Positions 49,026 through 60,530 of a stretch of 64,000 bases of DNA are shown piece by piece. Position numbers and translations under genes: made by a program. This DNA comes from Dicyema japonicum (lineage: Eukaryota; Animalia; Dicyemida). Where the stretch lies: contig RDEW01000005.1 of NCBI GenBank assembly GCA_011109175.1, forward strand, positions 434,001 through 498,000, given 5' to 3'. The notes under the pieces are model-generated. The model was given only the letters and a program-made list of their open reading frames with translations. It had not been told where the DNA came from and made no database searches. Position 1 is the stretch's first letter. The number at the start of each line of letters is the position of its first letter.

Positions 49026-49600
49026 ATGCCATTTATCTACTCATTAATGATTGTGAACAAGTACGGGTCTCTCCTTTACTTTTACGAATGTCCCAAGAAG
49101 ACATTTAAGCGAGTAGTAAACAACAATGAATACGAGGATCTAATTGAGGACAATGTGGTGTTAAAAGATATTGATAATGAGATTAAGGTGAATATTATTA
49201 AAAATACTTTTAGAAGGGATTTTTGGTCTCCAAAAATGAAGATTCTTCGATTTTGTCTTTTACAAGTCCCCACTTGAGCGAAAACGACAGGATAGTTATG
49301 GCAAGCACATTCCATTCGCTGTTCCACATAAGCTACCAATTGGCGGGTGATGGAGCCTCGAATGGGATTCAATTTATTGATTCCCCAGAAACCCGCGCTT
49401 ACTGTTTTCAGACACCGACTCATTTAAAATTTGTAATTTTCTGCCAGCACAGGCCCTTCCGTATCCAACAGTTAATGCAAAAACTTTATTTAATTTACGT
49501 GGATTATGCCTTGAAGGATCCCTTCTATATTTTTGATATGCCCATCACGTCAAACCTTTTCGATTCTGCCGTAAAGACCGCTTTAGATTTATTTTCTTAA
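49026..49600 (+). CDS. TRAPPC4: TRAPP complex subunit 4 (Trs23/synbindin)
   Basis: IYSLMIVNKYGSLLY...LSENDRIVMASTFHSL...CFQTPTHLKFV...YLIYVDYALKDPFYIFDMPI; one 26-nt intron. Confidence 0.93.
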
Positions 49601-50349
49601 TTATTTTTAATATAATTAATTTTTATTTTTTTATTAATGAGGTTTATTCAGAAAAATGAACAGATCATTCGTGGACCAAGTCGCAAAGTGGTTAGTGTTT
49701 TTGATAGAATCGCGAATAGCTGTGGTTAGATTGGCTACCTGCTTAATGAATTCCGTTCTGCTCTGTGTTTTCTTTAAATCCTATGAGGACATTGTTATTT
49801 GTGGGTCCAAATGATGTTAAGATAAGGGACCGATTCCCAAATTAAAGAAGGTCGAACTTTTTATAAATGCGAAAATGAGATTTTGGTTATCAATTTGAGG
49901 TTAGGTACTTTGAGGGCAGGTTCCCATGTTGGAAGAGGTCAAAATTTTGGTTTTCATATTAATAGGAGAATGAGATTTGATCAATTCGAGATCAGGAATC
50001 TGGGTTGAATCAAGAGACTTTCTGACCCAGAATTAGTTTGATTTCCTTATTCATCCCGACAATGTTATCGTCCAAGAGATGTCAACAAACAGGAGCTTTC
50101 GGAATATTCGTAAAAGTTCTTTAGGAATGTGCACTGTCTCCATCAGGGACTTAGGAAATTAACGACATGAAAGAGATTAATCTCTGAGATCTTGTTGATT
50201 TGTCGAAATTCCAATAATTTTCACTGAAATAATGCTGTATGGCCATTTAAACTGAAACAGACAGAGTTAATGGAAATTTCAGTAAATCACGTTTGTTTAA
50301 TTTAATAAAATTAACTGCTTACAACTAAATAGTAGACATTAACAATTTG

Positions 50350-50560
50350 CACATTATATAACAATATTCTTGGGCTCCATACTCTCGGATCCTCCTTACG
50401 TGGTCTTCCAATGTCCTATTGTAGAACGTTAAAGTCGCCAAGAATGCCTACGAAGGGATTCGATCTTTCTCAAGGACCGATCAATGTTCCTCTAGGAATT
50501 AGTGGAGGCTGGGATCACTTAATTAGTTTTTTTTGGTGATCTTGGAGTTCTAAAATAAAA
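50350..50560 (+). mobile_element. Ingi/Vingi-like LINE 3' fragment
   Basis: Ends GCTGGGATCACTTAA...GTGATCTT hairpin followed by a TAAAA tail. Confidence 0.7.
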
Positions 50561-50649
50561 TAATAAAACAACATTGAACTCCTTGTTGTGCGCACTTTTG
50601 CGGTTAATTTCCGGATCTTCATGAGGATTTAATTTCATATTATTTTGTA

Positions 50650-50900
50650 ATGAAATGAGAATGAAAATTCCAAAGACCACGGTAATACCTAACTAATTAA
50701 TCATGCGATCCCGACATGCTTATTATTGCTCAATGCTTCTCTCTCAAGCACACACAATCAGTACTCGACGCTCTTAGTTTAATGGACACGCTTATCGGTT
50801 CTTACAGATTAAGGATCTTAGAAACGTTGGAGATGAGTCATTATTAAAAGTCCATCGCTTTGAATGTTTTTCTGGGCAACTTTAATCTTCATGGCATTTG
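50650..50900 (-). mobile_element. Ingi/Vingi-like LINE 3' fragment, tail-to-tail with the preceding one
   Basis: Reverse strand reads CGGGATCGCATGATTAATTAGTTAGGTATTACCGTGGTCTTTGG, matching the 3' end at 45391-45430. Confidence 0.6.
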
Positions 50901-51108
50901 TTTAGAAGATGAATGGTCCACATTAGATTCATGCGTAAGAAATGAACGCTCAATGTAGTATTTAGATAGGGTGATTTCCGATCGAAAATGAAAAAAATCA
51001 AAATTTTATGAAAATTAAATTTTAAAATTTATTGAAATAATTTTATTAAATATTATTACTGTGGTGAACCTACTCATTTTTAAATAAATTAACCTAAATG
51101 GACTTGTA

Positions 51109-52921
51109 ATGAATACATACTTTGTCAACCATGTATTTAACGATGGAGAAAAGGTTGTGGTCTATAGCGGCCATTTTATGGTCAGCACATTTGATAACAC
51201 GAATCCGCTAAAGTCCAACAGAAATCCAAGTTTGATTAAAATACAATTTAAGACTTTTCACACATTTCTAGTCAGCAAACAGACTCCTCGTTGCAGAATC
51301 TCATTGACTTTCTGCATTCGACTTACAAGTCTTAATGGCCTTATCGTAGGGGGGCGCTTATTTCCTCAAAATGGCGCAATTTCACCGGATGTTCGATCCC
51401 CTGTTCCAACAAAATTAGATTGAACAACGCCATTTGGCGGGAGTGGAGTCGTCAACGTATTTGGGGGTGTAATGGTAGACCGCCACGGAAAGAAACCGCT
51501 TGTCTGCAAATTCAACGATAAACTGAATGACCACAAGTCTAGCAAGAACGTAGACTTGAAATTATATTAAGAATATTATTTTCGAAAGGAATTTCAGGAA
51601 TGCCCAGCCTTTGATGTTTCGTGGGGAGTATAACAAACTGAGGAAGTTCTTCTTCCAGCGAATTCGACTCGTTTCGGCCAAGAAACTGGAATCGACCCCC
51701 GAAATTGTAGTTTTCCAGTCTAACCCCAGGAAACCCCCAAAATGACGGACTTTTCTGTTTACAACGACATCATTTACCCATATAATTACTCCACCAGCGA
51801 CAAGAACTCGGTGGACTCGTTCGGACTGCAGTGCTCCTACTACTCGAGACCCTTCAACCAGCAAACCATCCCCTATGATAACGGATACTACCCCCAGTTC
51901 CCGACTCATAACCAGATCAGTCCGTCCTTTCAACCGGATTACAACCAATACTACAACTCTTCTCTCCAACAGCCCATTTCAGAACCTTGGGAGAGCGTGT
52001 ACTACTCTCCCCCAAAGTTGGGGTCAAATCTCAAATATTATGTCCCCGGGCCTAAAATGTAGATTTATGGGCGTATTTAACCGCATAATTAGCGATAATT
52101 TATTTTGCAGAAATTCATTCGACAAGCCATACAACTTCTTCCCCTCCGTAACCTCAGTGAAGAGACACCAGTCGACCGAGGACACGTGTCGGTCTGTGGA
52201 ACTGGACAATCGTCGGGAGCATCGTCATTTGACTCATTTAAAGTCAGAGAAGAACAGAAGACTGGAAATTAAGGCATCCTATTAGTCTCAGTGGTCTAGA
52301 AGTGGTTAGGGAGACTCCAAGGCTATGTACAGGATTCTAAGAAGAATGCCTTCACTACGAAATCAAGCTACGCCCACGTGCTCCGTGAAAGTTATCCTGG
52401 TATTATTGGCAGCCATAGACCTGATTGAAAGCAACGAGATTGAGATCAAACAGAAGGAGCAATTCCTCCAGAGGATCAAGGCTGAGTTGGAGATGAAGGC
52501 CAGTAAGACCAGGTCTTTGGGTGAAATAACGGAAGGTCACTGCAAGAGTTGATCCCTGATTCGAGCAGTCATACCTTTTTGAAGGACAGGGGAGAATATG
52601 TTAAATTCTTAAAGTACGTGAAGAATCGAGCGATCTCCAACCATAAATTCATCATTTTCGGGCTAATCATGATTAATGCGGTCAAATCCTTCTTGGGGAC
52701 CAACATATTCCGTAATTCCAGACTTACCGATGCCAACAAGTGGTGAATGAGAACGTCTCCATTTTTAATTTCCGTGAAGGTTTAAACTGATTTACTTTGA
52801 AGATTCCGTGACAACGTTAAGACTCCTATCAAAGAGAACCAACATTATTAACGACCCTTCCACGTTCAAGGATGAGATGTGTCAAATATTAGATGATCTC
52901 GTGGCTGAGGCTACCTTATGA
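51109..52921 (+). CDS. MLXIP: MondoA/ChREBP-family bHLH-ZIP transcription factor
   Basis: MCR motifs YSGHFMVS and ISSKWRNFTGCSIPCSNKIRLNNAIWREW; bHLH LTHLKSEKNRRLEIKASY; zipper; DCD-like YVKNRAISNHKFIIFG. Several indels. Confidence 0.88.
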
Positions 52922-53389
52922 CCTAAATCATACAAAATGACAACTCCTTGAGTTACCTGTAATCTTATACTTTATGCTTTATTATATAAATTTAGTCTTA
53001 ATTTATTTTTGTGGTTTTAATTTCGCCCTTCAGTTATCATTGATTTTAATCTCGGCAAGAGGTCAAGAGATAACTTTTTATATTGCGGAGAGCTCTGAAT
53101 AAATAGGTTGGAACCACAACAACGACAGCACTACCTTGTAGTTCATTTATTTTATTTTTTTTTAAAAATTTAAAGATTTAATAATAATGGATTTCTTGTA
53201 AACATTTACATAGTTTATTTAGATCAAGCTAATCTATTTATAAGATTTATCGGTTCTATTTTCACACCCTACATACTTAGTCGAAGGATTTGGTTTCTGC
53301 TCCTTGTCTTCCTCAATTTTTAAAGAACTTATTGGATCCACCTGTGCCTCTACATTTAAATAGGATCCATCCTTTTCCTATCCAAATAA

Positions 53390-53660
53390 AGAGGTTCCAT
53401 AATGGTGGATACTTGGAGGGGGCGTGATACTGGGAAAGGATACGTTTATTCCGACTGGGTAAAACCAATTTCTAGGTCATTGAAAAATAAGCTTATAATG
53501 AGTGTTCTTATTGATATTGAGCTAGAGACACTCCCCTAACCAAATTCTAATTGATCTTAAGTATTAATATTCCAGATCTGACTAATTTTAGTAACAGGGT
53601 CTGTATTAAGAGTAATCAATATCATCGTTTGTTTATATTGACTACCATCGTGATGAATTC
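53390..53660 (-). repeat. Unclassified dispersed repeat (partner at 56930-57140, + strand)
   Basis: Shared collinear blocks GATGGTAGTCAATATAAACA and TTCCCAGWATCACG..CCARGTATCCACCATTATGG. Confidence 0.6.
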
Positions 53661-53999
53661 CTCTGCCAAGTTGTTATTGAGTGAACTGGAGCCACCATCT
53701 GGAAATAACTGTCTTTTCTCGATTACTATGTCATTTGGTTGCAATCAACCGTTAAGTCCTTGAAACCCAGTTGTACTTCCAGTTGATCTACTTTAGTATC
53801 GTGGGAGGCAACCCCGTTAAGCTAACTAAAGAAAAGATAGTTTCGTATCTCCTCAACACTGTCAATGAGTTCATCAGGTTGATCAGGTGGCTCGCAGGAC
53901 TGAGGAAGGGAGAGTCTCGAATGATACGATGGCTCTCCCGAACATTGGGCTTACAATCATAAGGGATAACTCCCATTGTGTGCTCAATTCCTGCAGCCC

Positions 54000-54620
54000 T
54001 TAACTTAAAAATTGACTTTTGACTAATTATTTTTTTGGCCCAAAGCAGACGATCTAGTCCGTCGTATCAGTGCAATGATCCAAAGGTCACCAAGGATCCA
54101 CGTGAGCCTGGATGGCTCCGAAAGCGTACTTCGATAGCTACTGTCAGAAGAAAGATCATTAAATTAAAATTATTCAAAGACCAAAGGTAACCAAACTAAC
54201 TCATTGATCCTGACTCGTTCCAGAACTTGTATCGGGTAACCACATTGTTCCCCGGGGAAGAATAGTTGGATCTCTAGATGCCGGCGAGGCATTGCCTCAG
54301 TAAGGTGGATTCGATGACGCCATCGGAAGTAAGAAAATAATTTATGACCAACTAGCCACATTTATTTAATAACCCCGAGAAGGGAACAACAAAGAGAAGG
54401 AATGAACCAACTAATTAAGTGATCCCGGTACACCTCAGAGGGATCGATAGGTTTTTCTTGTGTTCCTCCAGAGTACCCACGGCTTTCCTGTATTGACGAC
54501 GATCACCTTTCATTAAGATTTAAAGAGGGGTGGGTTTTCTTCCCCAATTTACGTGTATTTGGGGCTTCTAATCTTGAATGGAAGAAACTAGCCACATAGA
54601 ACCACATATCACATCGGGAC
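54000..54620 (-). mobile_element. Ingi/Vingi-like LINE 3' fragments
   Basis: GGGATCACTTAATTAG terminus at ~54410-54428 and a second similar 3' segment near 54060-54130. Confidence 0.6.
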
Positions 54621-54709
54621 AGAGCATGCTTTTTTAACTTTTTTAATTTTAATTAATTTTAATTGTTATTCAAAAAAAGTTATAAATATTATAAATAAAT
54701 AAATAAGGT

Positions 54710-55150
54710 CAATAATCAAGGATCATTGATATGTTCCATCGAGCTTTTATAAGGAAGATCTTTACGTCAAAAATCCCAAACAACCTGAAACTCTGGATTG
54801 CTAATTCCCTAAATGAAAGAAGAGGAAGAGTGACTGCTGGAAAAACTAGGTCAGTGACCAAGTTCTTTCCAAATTGGGTCCCTCAAGGATCTCCACTATC
54901 ACCACACCTGTTCAACCTATTCCTAAATGATATGCCTCCCTTACAGTGACGATACTCTGGTTCTGACATATTCGGATGATATAATCGTCGCAGTCAAGAC
55001 CAGTGCGTTAATACTGTTGTATACCGGCTACAAGCTTCATTGGAGGGTCTGAACTGTTGGTTCGTTAAGAACATTCTACATACAAGTCCCGAAAAGTCTT
55101 ATACAACATTTTCACAACAAACAGAAGATTGACAAAAAAACCGGACATAC
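54710..55150 (+). mobile_element. Ingi/Vingi-like LINE RT fragment
   Basis: WVPQGSPLSPHLFNLFL, TYSDDII. Confidence 0.8.
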
Positions 55151-55169
55151 TTGCGTTTGTTGAAGAATA

Positions 55170-55420
55170 TAATAACTCTAATAGGGAATCACAGCCCAAC
55201 AATACTAAAGCATATCGAGAAGGCACACAAGTATGATCTCTTAGCAAGCGAACTCGGGTTAATACTCAAAGCAACGTGTATGTAGTGTCAGTTGACTTGA
55301 GGGATCGTCAGCAAATACTACAAACACCATTTAGAAGCCTTGAAGCTGAAATATCCTGTGAAAGCTTATAAAGACTGTCACTATTAACAAGACAGCAGAG
55401 AGTATTATTAATAGATACAC
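55170..55420 (+). mobile_element. R2-group (REL-type) retrotransposon C-terminal remnant
   Basis: EKAHKYDLLASELG...GIVSKYYKHHLEAL. Confidence 0.55.
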
Positions 55421-56080
55421 AGACAGTGGGAATTGTGGACGACGAAGAGAAGGAGGCTAAGAATTACCACTACCAACATAAATGTGGGTAGGACTCACCA
55501 GAAGGTATTCGGGGAACTAATATCGATATGGGAATGATCGACAAAGGAGGTGGTGTTGAAGGATACTGTTTGGTAAAAAATTAATTGAGTTTTGATAAAA
55601 ATGGAGCTTTAATCATAAACTGCTTGAGAAAAAATGAACTATGAAAAAATTTATCTGTCAATATGGGGGTATATGTTAATTAATAAAGAAGGCAGAAGAA
55701 ACCTATAGAAGACGCTGATGATTAAATTGTATTTTAGTGACGATTTATGTGGAATCGGGAAGTGTATAGATTTTCTGTAAATCAAGTTCAATTGCACATA
55801 TATTTCGTTTCAAGACCTTTAAGGTATCGAATGGGTGGTTGAAAAGCTTTAAAAGACACGAGAAGTTCAATTGTCTTACAAGTGACAAAAATTCATGTTC
55901 TCGCGATAGAATTGATGACTTGTCTCACTCCTTAATGAAAAATTGTCCAATACGGGGAGGTTAAATAGTTTAACTGCAATGAAACTTTTTTTTCTAAGAA
56001 AACTCAGAAAAATGATGATCCGGTCTGTTAGACTCCCCCACGCTCTTCTAGAGATTTCCATTTTTCGGAGGCTGTCTAGA

Positions 56081-56600
56081 TCAGGCATGTCAAACTCAAA
56101 AGGCTCCAGAGGCCGCATAATATAAATGAGTATACAAGCAAGCCACACAAACAAATCTGAAAACACCGTAATCTCATTGAAGTGTAATAATTTGCACTTC
56201 TATTACGACGACAATCATTTTTTCAAGATTATCATTTTCACTTTTTTGTTTTTTTCCTAAAGTGCCTCTTTTTCATGACAATTTTTCGTATGAAAATTGT
56301 ATTAGCAGTTCCGATCTTGATCGGCTGAGTTCATAGCTTACAGCGACATTGGCTTGCTCTATTTTTGTAAAACATGTCTGTCGCTGTGCTAACTTAGCCT
56401 TCAATTCTCTGAGTCTTGAAACAAGCACTGGACCTTCGTATTTATCGAGGATGATGATTAGTTTCATAGTGTTTTTAAGTTGTACTCTTTTTGGTGTGGC
56501 AATGCTGTTATTGCGAACTAAACATTGTATTTTTGCATTAACCATTGTGCAAAGGTACTGCAGTCCCCATTGTTCTTGAAATACTCGTCTTCTTAACTGA
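56081..56600 (-). mobile_element. hAT (Spin/Buster, GTF2IRD2-like) deleted element
   Basis: Terminus CAGGCATGTCAAAC at 56081 preceded by GTCTAGAT (NTCTAGAN-type target); minus-strand frame resembles the transposase N-terminus (CLVRNNSIA..K...LRELKAKLAQRQ...SYELS). Confidence 0.65.
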
Positions 56601-56929
56601 AGATGCCATTCTAAATGGGATCAGTTTGTCCACTATTTAGTAAAGACAATTAATATAACAACCAGCCGATTCCACAACATACAAATTATTATTTTTAAAT
56701 TTGTTAAAATTATAGCTTATTAACGTCTTTTGACCACGTAGAAAACTTATAACCACGCCTGTCAATTTGAAGCCATTGACAGAGATTCACTGTTGATGAG
56801 ATTTCATTTTAGGACAGATTTGAATTTATGGTGAAGGTAAGACATTTGGAACCCAAAGTCTTAACTAAGCGGGAATACACAGATTCCGCCCCTAATCTCT
56901 ATAAAAATAAATTGGAGAATGAAATGCTC

Positions 56930-57140
56930 ACAATGATGGTAGTCAATATAAACAGACTACTATAGTTAATTGACTACATTTCAGTTACTCCCAATAGTAT
57001 CTTACTAATATGTAACATTTTAATCCGTAATAGTGCTAATAGTCAGAAATATACATGAAAGAGGTTTTATCCAACTTTCATGATCAAAGCGAGACATAAC
57101 TATTCCCAGAATCACGGCCATCCAGGTATCCACCATTATG
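56930..57140 (+). repeat. Unclassified dispersed repeat (partner at 53390-53660, - strand)
   Basis: Same two collinear conserved blocks as the partner copy. Confidence 0.6.
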
Positions 57141-57238
57141 GGACTAATGGGTAGGGAATAGTGGCTAATAACTAAAATTCCCTAAGCAAAACTAATAAAA
57201 ATTATTAGCTAAAATCAGTGTCAAATAACAGAAGATCA

Positions 57239-57997
57239 TTTATGAAAGAACTCCTCAGCCTCTCTATCCATTACCCAATTTCTGTTAGAATGTGACAGGA
57301 CTAGGTAATGAGAGAAAACTAAATACATCTCACTGCAGGCATATAATCCCCAGATGTCTCCAACACAGTAGTAGCCTTTATGTGCTTTTTACTCGACGTC
57401 TTATCCAACCTCACGCTCTCAATCCTACAATGACAAACAAATATACGGTTTCTTCAACAGCTCATGGTCGGGGATTATTATCAGAGCCTGGGTGGTCACC
57501 AAAGGATGAGTCCTCTTTGGAGGAATGAATCGTTTGAAGACCTCCATTAAAGGATCCTCGGCAGGCCTAAAAGTCATCATATAAAAGTACTTTGACTTCT
57601 CCTCTGTCTCTTTGACATCTTTCCCTTGAATTTCTTGTAATCTCTTATTAATGAAAGCGTTCCTTGAATGAGTAAACAAAACTACATGTCGGCCTCTTCA
57701 TCACGAAAGTTCGACTGCACAGTAAAGGTGGTCCCAATGTCTGGGGCATCGTCGTCGTAGTGTCGACTAAACGATAATATTGAATCAGTACATTTCCTTC
57801 TTGTTTTTGTTTTCCTTTCTTTCTTTGTTTTTTTGAATTTTCTCCTTTTCGTCTAATTCGACTATATCCAATCCATGTTTTCTCTTTCGTGACTGAAGGA
57901 AGTATTTAGCCGCAGCGACAACGTTCTTTGTGTTTTGTTCATCGGCATCTGAATCTGTTTCATCAGTTTGAACTCGAAAGCAACGATTCTTTGGCAT
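57239..57997 (-). CDS. C9orf78: C9orf78/TLS1-like splicing factor (multi-exon)
   Basis: QSRKRKHGL...FTVQSNFRDEEADMNAFINKRLQEIQG...GIESVRL; introns of 23-33 nt. The 3' end is approximate. Confidence 0.7.
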
Positions 57998-58099
57998 CAC
58001 AACAAACAAATAATAGTTTTTAAATAATTTTTTAATTTTAAGTATTTTTTATTTATTTATTTATGATTAATATTAAGTTACTGAAAAGGGCATCAAAGT

Positions 58100-58560
58100 G
58101 ATAAAACAGTGGATTTCCGGAAAGAAAAGTCCAGTACCATCAAGTCACTAATACGGATAAACGGTGCAGGATATCAATTTATTGGACAGTTTATTCCCAG
58201 TAAGTGCATGTGTGGGCTCAAGAGAAAATCAATGCACTGTTGGGACGTTTAGGGATAACTTAGTTCAGGGTTTTTAACAGTTGGCTCGGATTATTAAATA
58301 AAATTATCCAGTTTCCCTGTCGCAGAAGCAGAGACCTTCCAGTATAACACATAGGCCCATTTTGAATCAGTAGAATGAGGAGAAAGCTTCCAATAGTTAA
58401 TATGGTGGATGAAAAAGGAGATTGATGTCGAAACTTTTTTGAAAGACTGTTGTCTACTGTTTGTCCACGAAAATAAAACAGCGATGGAACCGAGTAGAGC
58501 CATTTAACTTTTCCAACTTCAATTTGTCCGTAAAGCACTTCTCTGTCAGTTAAAAAACTG
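58100..58560 (-). mobile_element. Possible MULE transposase remnant
   Basis: Degraded frames with FHRCFIF and W(Y)WTFL-like segments. Confidence 0.25.
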
Positions 58561-59617
58561 TACAATTATTAGACTTTTCTTGTCTCATCTACTCTGGTTC
58601 TTGGAGAGATTCTGTTTGGTTTTTGGTGGACACTTTTGGGTACCGTGGAAGCAAAATTGTTTACTAGTAACTTATTTCTCGCTGCGGCTTAATAAAATTG
58701 AAAGAATAATGTTTCTAGTCTTCTTTCACAATTTTATTTCCACACGACAAGCAGAGCATCCTGGAAAGCAAATTTATTACCCCCGAGACACCGAGAAGGA
58801 AGTTAACGAGTGTATACAGTTACCACGATTGCAGTCTTAGACAGATCGTGTTTTCAAGCATACGAGCCCATCCAAAGCTACAGTTGTAGGAACCGCTTAC
58901 TGGTCCAGTAAAGTGGGAGAGAGCTAATAATCCCTTTTGATACCGCCCTGAGACTGGTGGACCTCACTGATTAAGACAATATGATAGAATCACCAATATG
59001 AGAAATATAATAGTAATTATAGAGATATGGCATTGTTCACTATGATAACCTCTGGAGGTTTCAAAGACCTACGACGCTTCTTGATTGGGAAGTGGGGAAT
59101 CTGATTATATCCAGGTAGTCAATTGCAACAACAAAAATAGAAGTTTAGACCACTCGTGCTGCCCTGTTCAATTCCTAGCATTTATCAGTATAACTGTTCC
59201 TCATAAAGTGTGTCCTGCCAAAGTGGAGTAGTAGTAATGGAAACATGTAAATAAGAGGTTTTGAGAAAAAAAGGGGTAGTGATATCCCAATTATTACAAT
59301 CCTCAATGTTCCTCACTTATTATTAGCGCTCTCGCCCTGCCATGGTAATGCATGTGCAATTCGAGAAACTAGTAACAAATCATCTTCCACCACATGCAAA
59401 CTCGAGTAGTCTCTCCCTCTCTTGAGTGTCTTCTAATCTTCTGGAAGTCCTTTGTAGTTTACAGAATCGGGTAGTGTCAGAAGAAAAACCTTACATGGCC
59501 ACGTTAGCTGGGACCTCCAGGTCAATTCTCAGGTGCCCAAAGAGCCCGTGATTTCAATAAAGGCTGTGTAATATTAATGGTCTCGGTTCCTCAGTGGTGG
59601 ATGATGAAATAGAAAAG

Positions 59618-60433
59618 TCACAATTTATTAATAAAACTGTTTAACAGACTAATAAAAGAAGAAGACATTTCAATATCATTATGTCCAACATCCTTAAGAA
59701 AGAAGGCATGAACGCGAGGAGCTTTATGAATCAATAGTTTACTGTGAGTAGGGGGGACAATCGTATCATTATCCCCATGGACAATCATTATTGGACATTC
59801 AATTTTGTCAATTTTGGACAAATTATTAAAAAACATTCCCACCTTAATGTTGGGAAATATAAAATGAAGACCAGAGGCGAGTGGGGACACCAAAACAAGT
59901 CCCACACACTTCATTCGCAAACTCAGCTCAATACAAGGAACAGTACCAATGCTGTGACCGTACACAATCATAGAGTCCTCACTTATTTTGAATCCTTCCA
60001 AAGCACACTCCCAGGCTGCCATCACATCGGCGTAGATGTTTGCCTCAGAGGGTCGTCCAGTACTCCCACCATATCCTGAGTAGTCATAGCATACGACATT
60101 GCAGTGAGTCCTTCTGGCAATAACCCAGTAGCATTCCATTAGAAGACCAATGTCCCCGGCATTTCCGTGACTACAGAAGAGAGTTTTACGTGGATCCTTC
60201 CATGGAGACATATGCATTACTGTTATCGAGTTACCAAGAGTTGTTGTCCATTGCCTCACTTTAATTGATTCCATTATGCAGTCCTCTATTACACATTTCT
60301 GGCTATTAAATGAACATTCTCCGTCACTTATTCGGTACGATGGAGGATTTGGGGGATGAAATGCTATTTTTGCTACGATTTTGGAGGGAACTAGTGGACA
60401 GAATGTATGAGCTAACAATCTCACAAAATCCAT
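59618..60433 (-). CDS. ABHD17: ABHD17-family alpha/beta hydrolase (depalmitoylase), intronless
   Basis: IVAKIAFHPP, FCSHGNAGDIG, YDYSGYGGSTGRPSEAN, YGHSIGT, VHGDNDTIV, GHNDIE; ATG at 60433. Confidence 0.95.
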   Translation of the reverse strand: MDFVRLLAHTFCPLVPSKIVAKIAFHPPNPPSYRISDGECSFNSQKCVIEDCIMESIKVRQWTTTLGNSITVMHMSPWKDPRKTLFCSHGNAGDIGLLMECYWVIARRTHCNVVCYDYSGYGGSTGRPSEANIYADVMAAWECALEGFKISEDSMIVYGHSIGTVPCIELSLRMKCVGLVLVSPLASGLHFIFPNIKVGMFFNNLSKIDKIECPIMIVHGDNDTIVPPTHSKLLIHKAPRVHAFFLKDVGHNDIEMSSSFISLLNSFINKL

Positions 60434-60530
60434 CTTTAATTTATTAATTTTTAAAAAATTAAATATTATTAATGAAAAAATAATTATTAATAAGTCGTAT
60501 AGTAGTTTTAGAGGATCTTGACTGGTTCCG

